Source: an uncultured Christensenellaceae bacterium
Lineage (GTDB): Bacteria > Bacillota > Clostridia > Christensenellales > CAG-314
Assembly: GCA_910587795.1 (NCBI GenBank)
Contig: CAJUNH010000004.1
Coordinates: forward strand, 66,008 to 130,007
DNA: 64,000 nt
Direction of reading: 5' to 3'
Shown here: positions 1-8,787 of the stretch, piece after piece
Numbering within the stretch: the first letter of the stretch is position 1
How the letters are laid out: every line of letters begins with the position of its first letter
Translations under genes and position numbers: made by a program
Notes under the pieces: model-generated
Seen by the model: the letters and a program-made list of their open reading frames with translations, nothing else
Database searches by the model: none
What the model was told of the DNA's origin: nothing

Positions 1-1
1 A

Positions 2-733
2 AACGGTTACAACATTAACAAGGTAGACATAACGTCTTTGTCTGTAAGAGATATATTCGGCGGTTACAATGCGGCACTGTTTGGAATATGGCCTTCTAGT
101 TGGAAAAACAACGGAATGGTAAATCCGAATACGTTTATGTATTTGCCGGCATTGATTGCAAGTATAGCAGTGGGCATAGCGTTAATAGTGGCAACGCTTA
201 ATCTTGCAAAAAGAGTATATGAAATAATCTTTATGTATTTTTGTATGCCCGTATCTATGTCAACTTTGCCTTTGGATGACGGAGCAAGGTTTAAAAATTG
301 GCGCGAGCAGTTCGTAACTAAGATTATTCTTGCCTACGGCGCGGTACTGTCAGTAAACGTGTTTGTGCTTTTGTTACCGTTGATTCAGCAAATGAGTATA
401 CCGAGTATTGGAAGTTTCGGTAATGCCATATTTACAATCTTTATGATTGTCGGCGGTGCAATGGTGATACCTGCAGGACAAACTTTGTTTGCAAGGCTTT
501 TCGGTGCTGCCGACGATATGCATGCGGGCGGCGGTTGGTTGAGAAGTGCGTACTACGGTGGAAGAATGGTAGGAGCAATGACGATAGGACTTGCTGCAAA
601 GGGAATAAAAGGAATTACGCATATAGCAAGGAGAAAACGTGAAAGTAGCAATAATAACGATTCGTCGGGAGATGACGAAAAGTATTCGGAAGAAAGCGAT
701 GATACAGAATCGTCGGAAGGAGGTGGCGAGTGA
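2..733 (+). CDS. Polytopic membrane protein of a conjugative element (VirB6/TrbL-like role); 5' end lies outside the window
   Basis: The frame is open from nt 2, so the listed start at 38 is an internal TTG. The product has several long hydrophobic segments and a Ser/Asp/Glu-rich tail. Its stop overlaps the GTG start of the next gene (GTGA at 730-733). Confidence 0.5.
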   Translation, partial: NGYNINKVDITSLSVRDIFGGYNAALFGIWPSSWKNNGMVNPNTFMYLPALIASIAVGIALIVATLNLAKRVYEIIFMYFCMPVSMSTLPLDDGARFKNWREQFVTKIILAYGAVLSVNVFVLLLPLIQQMSIPSIGSFGNAIFTIFMIVGGAMVIPAGQTLFARLFGAADDMHAGGGWLRSAYYGGRMVGAMTIGLAAKGIKGITHIARRKRESSNNNDSSGDDEKYSEESDDTESSEGGGE

Positions 734-3375
734 GAATAATACCTAAAAAGATAAAGGTAAAAAATACAGTGTGGAAATGCTACTCAATGATTGACGTAAT
801 AGTAGCGCTTATTGTATTCGCAGTTATCTTTGCTGCAATAACAGCGGGAAATTGGATTGTCGCGTTAATATTAGGACTGTTGGCAGTAGGAATGTTTATG
901 CCTACGCCTGACGGTATTTTTTATACTTGTGTTTATGAGAATATACGTTTTTTATTTTCTAAAAAGAAATACACAAAAGGCTCAAAGAATGTCAAGACGG
1001 ACGTTGATGTTATTGTGGACTTAAAAGAAATTAAAGAGAGCGGTTTGCTTGTTTACAAAGGCGGTATGTTTGGACGTGTAATTAAGGTAGGACAAAAGAA
1101 CTTCGGTATCGAGGACGTTGTGCAACAAAACTTAGACATTAACTACTTTGCGAATGCGTTAAAACAATTAGACCAAAATCAATGCGCGGATATTGTAAAG
1201 ATAGACCGTCCCGTAAATTTAGACGGATTTGCAAGCGAGTTATTTGACCGCATATCCGCTGTCAATGCAAGCAACGAAGAAAGTGGAATTAAAAAGATAA
1301 AGGAAAGTATCCTACGAGAACGTATTGACAGAATAGACCGTTTAAATAATATTCGCAAACAGTATTTGTCGGATTATTACATAGTGGTTTATGGAAGAAA
1401 CGAGTTAGACATTGAAAACACTGCGGTAAACGTAGCAAGCGAAATTGGAAAGTGCGGACTCAATACGCAACTGCTTGAAATGAAAGAAACGGCGGTTTTC
1501 GTCAAGTACAGTTATTCGCGGAATTTTGACGAACGTGAGATTAAAAACTTAGATAAGGACGATTTGTTGGAATGGGTAAAGCCCAAAGAGATCACTTTTC
1601 ACGCAAATAGATATGAGATTGACGGAACGCAAGCTTCGGTGTTGGCAGTATCGGAATACCCATTAAGAGTTAAGAACGCTTGGGGAGCGGAACTGTTTAA
1701 TATTCCAAATACAAAAGTTGTCCTGCATGTTAAACCCGTAGATAAGTTCAAGGCAATTCGACGTATTGATAGATGTATAGGCGAAATGGAAACAAAGCAA
1801 ATAATTACGGACAAGGCAAGCGAAGCGAATAGTGCGGAAACGCATCGGGCTACTATGGACGAGTTGTTAAACGCTTTGCAAACGGAAAATGAAAGTTTGT
1901 TTGACGTTACATTGACCGTGACAGCCTACAACTATGCAGATAAAGATAACTACAAAAAGAATGCTCGTCGCGCTATGCTCACGGGCAATTTTAGACCTTC
2001 GACATTGTACGGATTACAAATTGACGGTTTCAAGTCGGCAAATATTTCGCCCGTATCTTTGTTGAAGAATATGGAACGCGGAATAAATAGTTCGAGCCTT
2101 GCAGCCACGTTTCCGTTTGTACGCACATTTGTAATGGACGATGGCGGAATAATGTTGGGCGAGAATAACAAGAACGGTTATCCGTTTATTTTTAATATAT
2201 GGAAACGCGGCAACTTGTACCAAAATTCAAACGGTATGATAATAGGCAAATCGGGAAGCGGCAAATCTTTCTTTTTGAAAAATCTAATATTGAACGAGTG
2301 GGCAAACGGTACAAGGGTAATAGTGCTTGACCCTGAAGCGGAATATTTGGCATTGACAAGAAATCTGTACGGCAACGTCATTAACGTCGGTAACGCAAGG
2401 GAAGGCAGAATAAACCCGTTTCATATTTACAAGATTTTGACTGAGGACGGAACGCCGGCGGACAGTAGAGTTACGTTTAACACGCATTTAAAGATGTTGG
2501 AGAGTTTCTACAAGATTGTGCTTGCGGACGCGCCGTTGGACGTAATAGAACTAATAAACAACTTGACTGTGGAAACGTACAACAATATGGGTATTAACGA
2601 AAATACTGATTGTTCAAACTTTCCGGCGGATTACTTTCCCGTTTTCTCGGACTTGTTGGAAACATTGCAAAGCAAAGATAAATCCAAGATGGACGAACTG
2701 ACGTTAAGAGATATGCGAACGGCGGAATTGTATTTACAAAAATTTGTAACGGGCAGGTACTCGGATATTTGGAACGCGCCTAGTACGTTAAAGGTAAACG
2801 CAAATCTTATTGATTTTGATTTTCAATCCCTGTTTGCTAATAAGAACAACGTCGTTGCAAACGCGCAAATGTTGTTGGTTTTCCGTTTCATAGAGCAAGA
2901 AGTTATTAATGCAAGGGAACGCAATAAGAACGGAGCAAATTTGAGAACGCTAATAATAGCGGACGAAGCGCACTTGTACATAGACCCGAAGTTTCCTATT
3001 GCGTTGGACTTTTTCTATTCGATGAGTAAAAGAATAAGAAAGTACAACGGAAGTTTCATACCCGCCACGCAGAACATAGCGGATTGGAATGCCAACGAGG
3101 AATTGAGAGGCAAGACTAGCGCAATAATTAAGAACAGTCAGTATACCTTTATATTTAAGTTGTCAGCGCCGGACATGAAAGACGTGTTGGACGTTTACAA
3201 AACGGGCGACAGTTTTAATGAGGAGGAGCAGCGGCAAATAATATCTGCGGTTACGGGGCAAGCATTTTTTGTGGGTTCGACGGAGTTGCGCGCATCAGTA
3301 AGAATACAAGCGGGGAATACGGCAATGAATTTGTTTAGCGAAGAACAAACGGAGGAGGACGAAAGTGACAGTTAA
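730..3375 (+). CDS. VirB4/TraE-family conjugative-transfer ATPase with N-terminal two-TM (VirB3-like) segment
   Basis: 881 aa. Walker A is GKSGSGKSFFLKN and the Walker B-like motif is LIIADEAHLYID. The N-terminus has a hydrophobic pair (VIVALIVFAVIFAAI, IVALILGLLAVGMF). The gene follows a polytopic membrane protein, as in Gram-positive T4SS modules. Confidence 0.8.
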   Translation: MRIIPKKIKVKNTVWKCYSMIDVIVALIVFAVIFAAITAGNWIVALILGLLAVGMFMPTPDGIFYTCVYENIRFLFSKKKYTKGSKNVKTDVDVIVDLKEIKESGLLVYKGGMFGRVIKVGQKNFGIEDVVQQNLDINYFANALKQLDQNQCADIVKIDRPVNLDGFASELFDRISAVNASNEESGIKKIKESILRERIDRIDRLNNIRKQYLSDYYIVVYGRNELDIENTAVNVASEIGKCGLNTQLLEMKETAVFVKYSYSRNFDEREIKNLDKDDLLEWVKPKEITFHANRYEIDGTQASVLAVSEYPLRVKNAWGAELFNIPNTKVVLHVKPVDKFKAIRRIDRCIGEMETKQIITDKASEANSAETHRATMDELLNALQTENESLFDVTLTVTAYNYADKDNYKKNARRAMLTGNFRPSTLYGLQIDGFKSANISPVSLLKNMERGINSSSLAATFPFVRTFVMDDGGIMLGENNKNGYPFIFNIWKRGNLYQNSNGMIIGKSGSGKSFFLKNLILNEWANGTRVIVLDPEAEYLALTRNLYGNVINVGNAREGRINPFHIYKILTEDGTPADSRVTFNTHLKMLESFYKIVLADAPLDVIELINNLTVETYNNMGINENTDCSNFPADYFPVFSDLLETLQSKDKSKMDELTLRDMRTAELYLQKFVTGRYSDIWNAPSTLKVNANLIDFDFQSLFANKNNVVANAQMLLVFRFIEQEVINARERNKNGANLRTLIIADEAHLYIDPKFPIALDFFYSMSKRIRKYNGSFIPATQNIADWNANEELRGKTSAIIKNSQYTFIFKLSAPDMKDVLDVYKTGDSFNEEEQRQIISAVTGQAFFVGSTELRASVRIQAGNTAMNLFSEEQTEEDESDS

Positions 3376-5269
3376 AACAAAATATATGTTAACAAGCGTA
3401 CTGTTTGTGATACTTTGTTTAATTGCTTTATTGGCGGTCGTTACGTTACAAGAAACGCCAACGGCAAACGCAGTTAGTATGGTAACAATATTCAAAACAC
3501 GAGGGGTTATGGGTACTTTTGACAACCCTTATTTAGTAGGAACACCGGAAGGTTGTTTTGACGTTACCATACAGGGAACGTCAGGCGCAAGCGAAACAGG
3601 CGGAACATTGGAAAACGATTGCGTACTTAATTGGTATTATTGCGTAATAAAGGTGGAAACGACCAATAGGTATACAAACCATAAATATTTTAAATTGGAA
3701 AAAGATGGTGTCGCTATATATACTGAGGAGTTGTCGGGGAAATATGCTTTGACGTTATATAGCGGAGCGTTAAACGATGGTGAGTATGTATTGACGTATA
3801 CGTCGTCATATAAGTATAACGGTGTAGGTCATAGCGGCAGTTACAATTTTAGATTTCGCGTTGATAGGACTGCACCTATAAACGAATTAAAAGCGGGCGG
3901 AGGAAATCTAGCAAGTGGCGGTAATACGTCGAAAAACATTACTTATACAGCAATAGACCCGAACTTCAGTAGATTGTATTATAAGTCGCCAACAGCAGTT
4001 AGTTACAGCTCAACAACGGCGAACAGTTATTCGGTTGAAGCAAAACCGAGTAACTCCGGTTGGTGGTATTTTTATGCAACTGATGCAGTGGGCAATACTT
4101 CCGCTAAAGTAAGCGCATATATGGATTGCGTTCCGCCAAATATGACGTTGAGTAAAGGAATGAGTTTTGGAACAACTGTCGGTAATACTATTTCAGTATC
4201 TGCAACGGATGAAGTAAGTACATGTAAACTTTACATAAAATTTGAAAGCGAAGAATGGTTTTCAAACGGAAACACATATACCATACCCGATACCGAACGT
4301 AACGGTAGATATTATTTTTACGCAGAGGACGGAAACGGCAATAGAACGGAAACGAGTTGGATAGTTTTGAGTACGGAAGAACCGTCGGGAAGTCTTATTA
4401 AATCCGATAGTGATAATAGCGTTAAGTTTGTGTGGGACAATGAATATTGGTCGGCAACGTTAGACGGTAAAAGTTATACGGAAGGTAGGATAATAAGCAA
4501 CGAAGGCGAACACGAAATAGTGTTATCTAATAATGCGAATAAAACCAAAAAGTATATGTTTAAAATTGACCACTGCTACAAAGCGGTAAGTCAGACTCCT
4601 GCAACCTGTATTAAGAACGGTGCCGTAAAATATGAGTGCAGTCAATGCGGAGATAAGTATGTCGAAACGGTATATACAAGCGGACACAGGTACGACGTAA
4701 CGTCAACGCCGTCGTCTTGCACTGAAAGCGAACATATATCTTATACTTGCAGTTTGTGTGGCGCAAAGTATGAAACGGAAGGAAACTATCCTTCGGGACA
4801 TAATTATGTAAGCACGGTTACAAAAGAACCTACTTGTACAATGGAAGGCGAACGGAGCGTGGAATGTAGTAAATGCGGAGACGTTTACATTGTAACCTTA
4901 GCCGCAAACGGACACAACTATGAAATAACGGATATTACAACGTCAAAAGGAAAGACCACGCGGACTTATACATGTAAAGATTGTAAGCATAGCTACAAGC
5001 AAGAACTTGGAGATCAGTACGAAGAAATATCTAACTATGTGGAATATCTGTTCCAGCAATACAGTCCGTATATGTGGTGGGCATTGCTTGCATCCGCAGG
5101 CGTATGGAGTATTGTAATAGGTGTGATGATAGCGATAGCACACAAGAACGAGGACAAAGAGAAAGCAAAAAAGATGCTTGTAAACTATGTCATAGGATTA
5201 GTCGTCATAGCAGTTATCCTTGTTGCTTGTCCGTATTTAATAAGGGGAATAGCGGCATTAGTAACTTAA
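3365..5269 (+). CDS. Membrane-anchored surface protein with tandem Cys-rich (CxxCG) repeats
   Basis: 634 aa. It has an N-terminal signal/anchor (LTSVLFVILCLIALLAVV) and C-terminal TM helices. There are four ~33-aa repeats of the type TPATCIKNGAVKYECSQCGDKYVETVYTSGHRY. The GTG start overlaps the end of the ATPase gene. Confidence 0.55.
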   Translation: MTVKTKYMLTSVLFVILCLIALLAVVTLQETPTANAVSMVTIFKTRGVMGTFDNPYLVGTPEGCFDVTIQGTSGASETGGTLENDCVLNWYYCVIKVETTNRYTNHKYFKLEKDGVAIYTEELSGKYALTLYSGALNDGEYVLTYTSSYKYNGVGHSGSYNFRFRVDRTAPINELKAGGGNLASGGNTSKNITYTAIDPNFSRLYYKSPTAVSYSSTTANSYSVEAKPSNSGWWYFYATDAVGNTSAKVSAYMDCVPPNMTLSKGMSFGTTVGNTISVSATDEVSTCKLYIKFESEEWFSNGNTYTIPDTERNGRYYFYAEDGNGNRTETSWIVLSTEEPSGSLIKSDSDNSVKFVWDNEYWSATLDGKSYTEGRIISNEGEHEIVLSNNANKTKKYMFKIDHCYKAVSQTPATCIKNGAVKYECSQCGDKYVETVYTSGHRYDVTSTPSSCTESEHISYTCSLCGAKYETEGNYPSGHNYVSTVTKEPTCTMEGERSVECSKCGDVYIVTLAANGHNYEITDITTSKGKTTRTYTCKDCKHSYKQELGDQYEEISNYVEYLFQQYSPYMWWALLASAGVWSIVIGVMIAIAHKNEDKEKAKKMLVNYVIGLVVIAVILVACPYLIRGIAALVT

Positions 5270-5367
5270 TAGAAATTTTTTTAAAAACTTTTCAAAAAAC
5301 TATTGACAAAAACAAAAAAATGTAGTAATCGTATTAACACGATGAACAAATTTTAAGGAGGTCGCTT

Positions 5368-5721
5368 ATGAACGCAGCAAAAGTAATAGCAAAAGCGGAA
5401 CGCGGTGAAGGGTTGACGGTAGAAGAAATAAAGATTTACCAAGCAAATGCAAAGCCGGTCAAACAAGTGTACGGCAAGTACGGAACACTTAAAAGAAAGT
5501 ATCTTGAAGAAAAAGGTATAGATTGGACGATAGCGGATTTGCCTACATACTTGCACAACGTAGACAAGCAGGCGGACGAACTGTATGAAGGTATGTACTC
5601 AAGACTAATGTGTAATGAGAAGTATAAACGCACAGGCGACTTCCTAGAAGATTTGCATAGACAAACGGAAGTGCAGCATCTCATCGAAGAAGAAATCTTA
5701 AATGAGATAGTGTATGTGTAG
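5368..5721 (+). CDS. tnpV: TnpV-like transposon/ICE accessory protein
   Basis: 117 aa. The pattern GKYGTLKRKYLEEKG ... ADLPTYL ... EEEILNEIVYV matches what I recall of the TnpV family of clostridial mobilisable transposons. An RBS (AAGGAGG) lies 7 nt upstream. Confidence 0.6.
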   Translation: MNAAKVIAKAERGEGLTVEEIKIYQANAKPVKQVYGKYGTLKRKYLEEKGIDWTIADLPTYLHNVDKQADELYEGMYSRLMCNEKYKRTGDFLEDLHRQTEVQHLIEEEILNEIVYV

Positions 5722-5732
5722 AGAGGTGTAAC

Positions 5733-5843
5733 ATGCGTATAGTAATAACTGTATTTAAAGGAATTGCTATAGGAATAGTAGTGGTAGCAGTATTTGTAAT
5801 GAACTGCATAGGCGCAATAATCTGCGCCATTACACAGGGGTGA
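5733..5843 (+). CDS. 36-aa hydrophobic peptide (MRIVITVFKGIAIGIVVVAVFVMNCIGAIICAITQG)
   Basis: It is absent from the supplied track because it is under 60 aa. It has an ATG with RBS GAGAGGTG 5 nt upstream and codes a single TM helix. It sits tightly between tnpV and the RHH gene. Confidence 0.35.
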   Translation: MRIVITVFKGIAIGIVVVAVFVMNCIGAIICAITQG

Positions 5844-5850
5844 AAGGACT

Positions 5851-6075
5851 ATGCAAAAGAAAGAGAATACGCCTAAACGGATTGCGAGACGCAATTACGA
5901 GGCAAGGCATAAGGAAGAGCGGTTGGAAAAATCTAAGGTTTGGGGAACAAGCATCGATAGAGCATTAGCCAATGAGATAGACGAGTTTCTAGAACAGCAC
6001 AACATAAAAAAAGTCGAACTGATATACGCAGGGTACAAAGCCTTGCAAAGTCAGTACGGTCCTAAAAAAGAATAA
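5851..6075 (+). CDS. Small basic protein, probable ribbon-helix-helix DNA binder
   Basis: 74 aa with a basic N-terminus. The layout is beta-strand/helix/helix (VWGTSID - RALANEIDEFLEQHN - KKVELIYAGYKAL). It lies upstream of the Xis/Int region. Confidence 0.4.
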   Translation: MQKKENTPKRIARRNYEARHKEERLEKSKVWGTSIDRALANEIDEFLEQHNIKKVELIYAGYKALQSQYGPKKE

Positions 6076-6083
6076 AGACAACG

Positions 6084-6110
6084 AGAGCGAGGGCGTATGG
6101 CCCTCGCTCT
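6084..6110 (+). terminator. 11-bp perfect stem-loop (AGAGCGAGGGC / GCCCTCGCTCT)
   Basis: The inverted repeat was read directly and has a 5-nt loop. Only a weak T-tract follows (TAGTTTGC). Confidence 0.45.
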
Positions 6111-6213
6111 TAGTTTGCAAAAAATATACTTGCCGAATGGCATAATGACGAACGGTGTTGGTTATTATGTCGACACCAATTTCGTCCTAAAAAATAAAAG
6201 GAAGGAAAAAGAG

Positions 6214-6438
6214 TTGGAACAAGATTTGGCATCAAAGAAATTGCTTACCGTAATTGAAACGGGCAAGGTATTGGGAATAGGAAGAATAAGAGTTTACGAA
6301 TTAATAAAAGGTGGCTTTTTACCCGCATTGAATATTGGCGGATTAAAAGTGAGACGTGAAGCAATAGACGAATTTCTAACAAAATACGAGGGGTACGACT
6401 TCTCAAATATTAAAAATATTGTCAAGATGAATTCTTAA
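6214..6438 (+). CDS. Excisionase-type helix-turn-helix protein (Xis-like)
   Basis: The HTH_17/MerR-like motif is LLTVIETGKVLGIGRIRVYELIKGGFLPALNIGGLKVRREAIDEFL. I prefer the TTG start at 6214, which follows RBS AAGGAAGG. The listed start at 6097 lies inside the upstream hairpin. Confidence 0.55.
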   Translation: MEQDLASKKLLTVIETGKVLGIGRIRVYELIKGGFLPALNIGGLKVRREAIDEFLTKYEGYDFSNIKNIVKMNS

Positions 6439-6453
6439 AGGATGTGATAAACT

Positions 6454-6625
6454 ATGGTTGAATTAAGTATTAGGAAACGGCAAAGAAAAAACGGGACCGT
6501 TTACGAGTATCGATTTGAAATCGCTACTGTAGATGGTAAGCGCAAATGGGAAACAAAGTGTGGATTTAAGACAAAAGCAGATGCATTGAAAGCAGGTAAT
6601 GCAGCATTAAGTCATTATGAGAAGA
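6454..6625 (+). pseudogene. int: Tyrosine integrase, N-terminal arm-DNA-binding fragment only (truncated)
   Basis: MVELSIRKRQRKNGTVYEYRFEIATVDGKRKWETKCGFKTKADALKAGNAALSHYEK is the typical N-terminus of Tn916/phage-type integrases. Similarity stops at about aa 57. The ORF then runs into unrelated AT-rich sequence and ends at 6711. No SAM-like or catalytic domain follows. Confidence 0.6.
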
Positions 6626-6707
6626 TGAATACGAAACAATATATTGCATTGTTGTTGATAAACAATATTCTAATATTCAAGCGATGCAACAATCGTTTGG
6701 ACAAAAT

Positions 6708-7436
6708 ATGATCGAGAACATATCGATAATATTGAATACGGAATTGTGTAATAAAACTAAATTTATTTTATTATCTAAATTAGCATTCTTACGAGAAAAA
6801 GCGGAGTTGTATTCAAATTATGTGTATTTGTCTAAAATAACCAAGTCTCATTATTTAAGAGATGAAATACAGCATCAATCAGAGCAGTCTGTCAAAGCTT
6901 CAAAAATATACGAATCTATGAATATCATTGCCAGTATAATTGATTTTAAGTGCGATGATCTTTATTTGACATATAATTATACTTACATATACGATATTGT
7001 AAGTCATATTGTTACTACATATAATTTGCATAATAAGGATAAAATAATTTTGCCAAAATTAGCAAATGGTGATTTATCTGTTGTTGGTTTGGATGGTAAC
7101 GCGAGAATATCCAATATATTTAATAATGAGTTAGAATTGTCTCTTGGTGAAAAGGATATTAAAAAGAAAGTAATGAGCATTTATACGGATCCCAAACATA
7201 TTAAAGTATCTGATCCTGGGCATGTCGAGGGAAATCCCTTATTTATTTATGTTAGACAATTATGTAGCGATGAAGTAGTTAGAAGTCACTTGGGGTTTGA
7301 TAGTGTTGCCGATCTTGAAGATAGATACGAAAGAGGAGGCGTTGGAGATAAATTAATTAAAGAAATGTTATTTGATACTATTAAAAGTTTGGTTAAACCA
7401 TTAAATCATAAAATACAATCTAAGTTTTTAAATTAA
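6708..7436 (+). CDS. AT-rich ORF with degenerate tryptophanyl-tRNA-synthetase-like similarity (no HIGH/KMSKS)
   Basis: The C-terminal block DLEDRYERGGVGDKLIKEMLFDTIKSLVKPL resembles the conserved TrpRS C-terminal block (ELE..YEGKGYG.FK.DLAEVV...LKPI). MNIIASIIDF..DDLYL...YIYDIVSHIVTTYN aligns to L(M)AADILLY..DLVPVGEDQ.QHLELTR..AERFN with the catalytic residues replaced. The comparison is from memory only. Confidence 0.35.
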   Translation: MIENISIILNTELCNKTKFILLSKLAFLREKAELYSNYVYLSKITKSHYLRDEIQHQSEQSVKASKIYESMNIIASIIDFKCDDLYLTYNYTYIYDIVSHIVTTYNLHNKDKIILPKLANGDLSVVGLDGNARISNIFNNELELSLGEKDIKKKVMSIYTDPKHIKVSDPGHVEGNPLFIYVRQLCSDEVVRSHLGFDSVADLEDRYERGGVGDKLIKEMLFDTIKSLVKPLNHKIQSKFLN

Positions 7437-7442
7437 ATAAGT

Positions 7443-7476
7443 ATGGCGTTAATTATAATGATTGACGCCATTTTTT
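7443..7476 (+). terminator. Rho-independent terminator after the TrpRS-like ORF
   Basis: The stem is ATGGCGT/ACGCCAT and is followed by TTTTTT. Confidence 0.55.
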
Positions 7477-8097
7477 AGCATCATTATGAATAGTACAACA
7501 TAGATTCGCATAAGAAAAACGATATCTATTGAGGAAAAATCAACCATGATTTATGACGAGGAATGATTGTATAAGGTGACAAGAAACTGTAAGTAAATTT
7601 TCGATTTGTCGAGTTCTTTAAAATTTGTATTTCTAAAGTAGTTAGTTGATTCTGACTAATCGGTTACAGTCCTGATGCACTTTGTATTTTTCATATCAAA
7701 TAAGCAGTTCATCGCCTAGTCCTTTGGTTCCAAAATTTTGGTGAGTCTTAAGATTTATTTGGGATAGAGAACATAAGATATAGTATAATTAAATTTGACC
7801 ATCCATCGGTAAATTCTATCATATAATGGTGCCCATAGGAATGAAAAGGAAAAAAAGTCCACATATTGTCAACATTCTAGCGAAATTTCATTGAAATAAA
7901 TTAGAACGATTTGAAACAAATTGTACTAATTATAAAAACATAACTACCGAAAATCTGACAAATTGAAAACATTTATAATGTTTTGAAACAGATAAAACTG
8001 CAATTCTTAAAAGGGCAACAATCCTATGGTCGGCGCAACAGTCGCCTGCGCAGTTGCAGTTTCTCTTGCAAAGTAACTATATATTGTGTTTTTTAGC

Positions 8098-8132
8098 ACG
8101 TCCCCACACAAAATGTGGGGACGTGTTCTTTT
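8098..8132 (+). terminator. Strong hairpin (ACGTCCCCACA caaaa TGTGGGGACGT) plus T-tract
   Basis: An 11-bp perfect stem with a 5-nt loop, followed by GTTCTTTT. Confidence 0.5.
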
Positions 8133-8178
8133 AATGTCATAAACCATAGGTATGTAACGGCAAAAAAGTCCGCATTTC

Positions 8179-8276
8179 GTCAACATTTTTTTGAACTTTG
8201 TGCTCGTCATGTTGACCGAAAATCGTCGTATTTTGCAGAAAATGTTGACCAAACGCTCAAAATGTTGACGAAAATC
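8179..8276. repeat. Cluster of ATGTTGAC motifs (iteron/operator-like)
   Basis: GTCAACAT occurs at 8179. ATGTTGAC occurs at 8209, 8242 and 8262, the last two preceded by AAA and 20 bp apart. A further copy, GTCAACAT at 7868, sits in a ~27-nt context (AAAAAAGTCCrCAT..GTCAACATT) that is repeated at 8163. Confidence 0.4.
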
Positions 8277-8422
8277 ACCCACCATATAGAAGAACTCCAA
8301 TCCAATGGTTTGACCGTATTTTGTACCATTTTGTTATAATTCGTGTTAAATAAGTATGAATACGTTAGAAATAGAAATATCAACCATCCTTACCCAATAA
8401 TGACGTGTTATTTTTTAATCAC

Positions 8423-8450
8423 TTGACTAAATTGTAAAAAATGCTATAAT
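8423..8450 (+). promoter_or_regulatory. Sigma70-type promoter (TTGACT - 16 nt - TGcTATAAT)
   Basis: Read directly. It has an extended -10 TG and points into the toxin island. Confidence 0.5.
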
Positions 8451-8621
8451 AAGCAACGCATAATCTTCAAGGTGCCAAATATGATTATGTACAGTTAAGG
8501 AGGTGATGTTCATGAAAGCCCTACTTAAGGCACTGATGCTACTTTACTCAAACAAGAAAATAACAAAAACAAAATCGTTGTCTTTTTAAAAAATATTTTG
8601 AAAAAATTTTTGCTCAAACTA

Positions 8622-8650
8622 TTGACAAATCGATTTTTATGGTTTATACT
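8622..8650 (+). promoter_or_regulatory. Consensus sigma70 promoter of cassette A (TTGACA - 17 nt - TATACT)
   Basis: Read directly, 138 nt upstream of the com-like start. Confidence 0.6.
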
Positions 8651-8787
8651 AACGCCATAAGTCGAACGAATGTTCTATTTATACAAACATATTTACATTC
8701 GACGCGCTCAGTAACCAAATTATAAATCAATTAATAGTACAAAAAATATAATACGGTATTAATACAACATAGGGGGAGAATTAAACA

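Larger units (their letters stand above)
1..6625 (+). mobile_element. Right-hand portion of an integrative conjugative element / conjugative transposon, apparently immobilised
   Basis: The gene order is VirB6-like, VirB4-like, surface protein, TnpV, RHH, Xis-like, then the integrase fragment. The left part lies outside the window and no relaxase is seen here. Confidence 0.6.

Noticed and set aside
5436-5894. 152-aa minus-strand ORF across tnpV and the small peptide gene.
   Set aside because: It is antisense to two plus-strand genes with good RBSs, and its composition is Cys/Tyr/Ser-rich nonsense.
8007-8339. ORFs of 97 aa (minus strand) and 74 aa (plus strand) in the spacer.
   Set aside because: They run through the hairpin and the ATGTTGAC motif array, which produces the repeated NVD/HVD/MLT codons. 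They have no RBS and no similarity to anything I recognise.
8512-8589. 25-aa ORF (MKALLKALMLLYSNKKITKTKSLSF) with a strong AAGGAGG RBS downstream of the 8423 promoter.
   Set aside because: It may be a real leader peptide. However, its 3' half lies in the duplicated repeat, where copy B is read in another frame, and the ORF as a whole is present only once in the window. It is too short to support.
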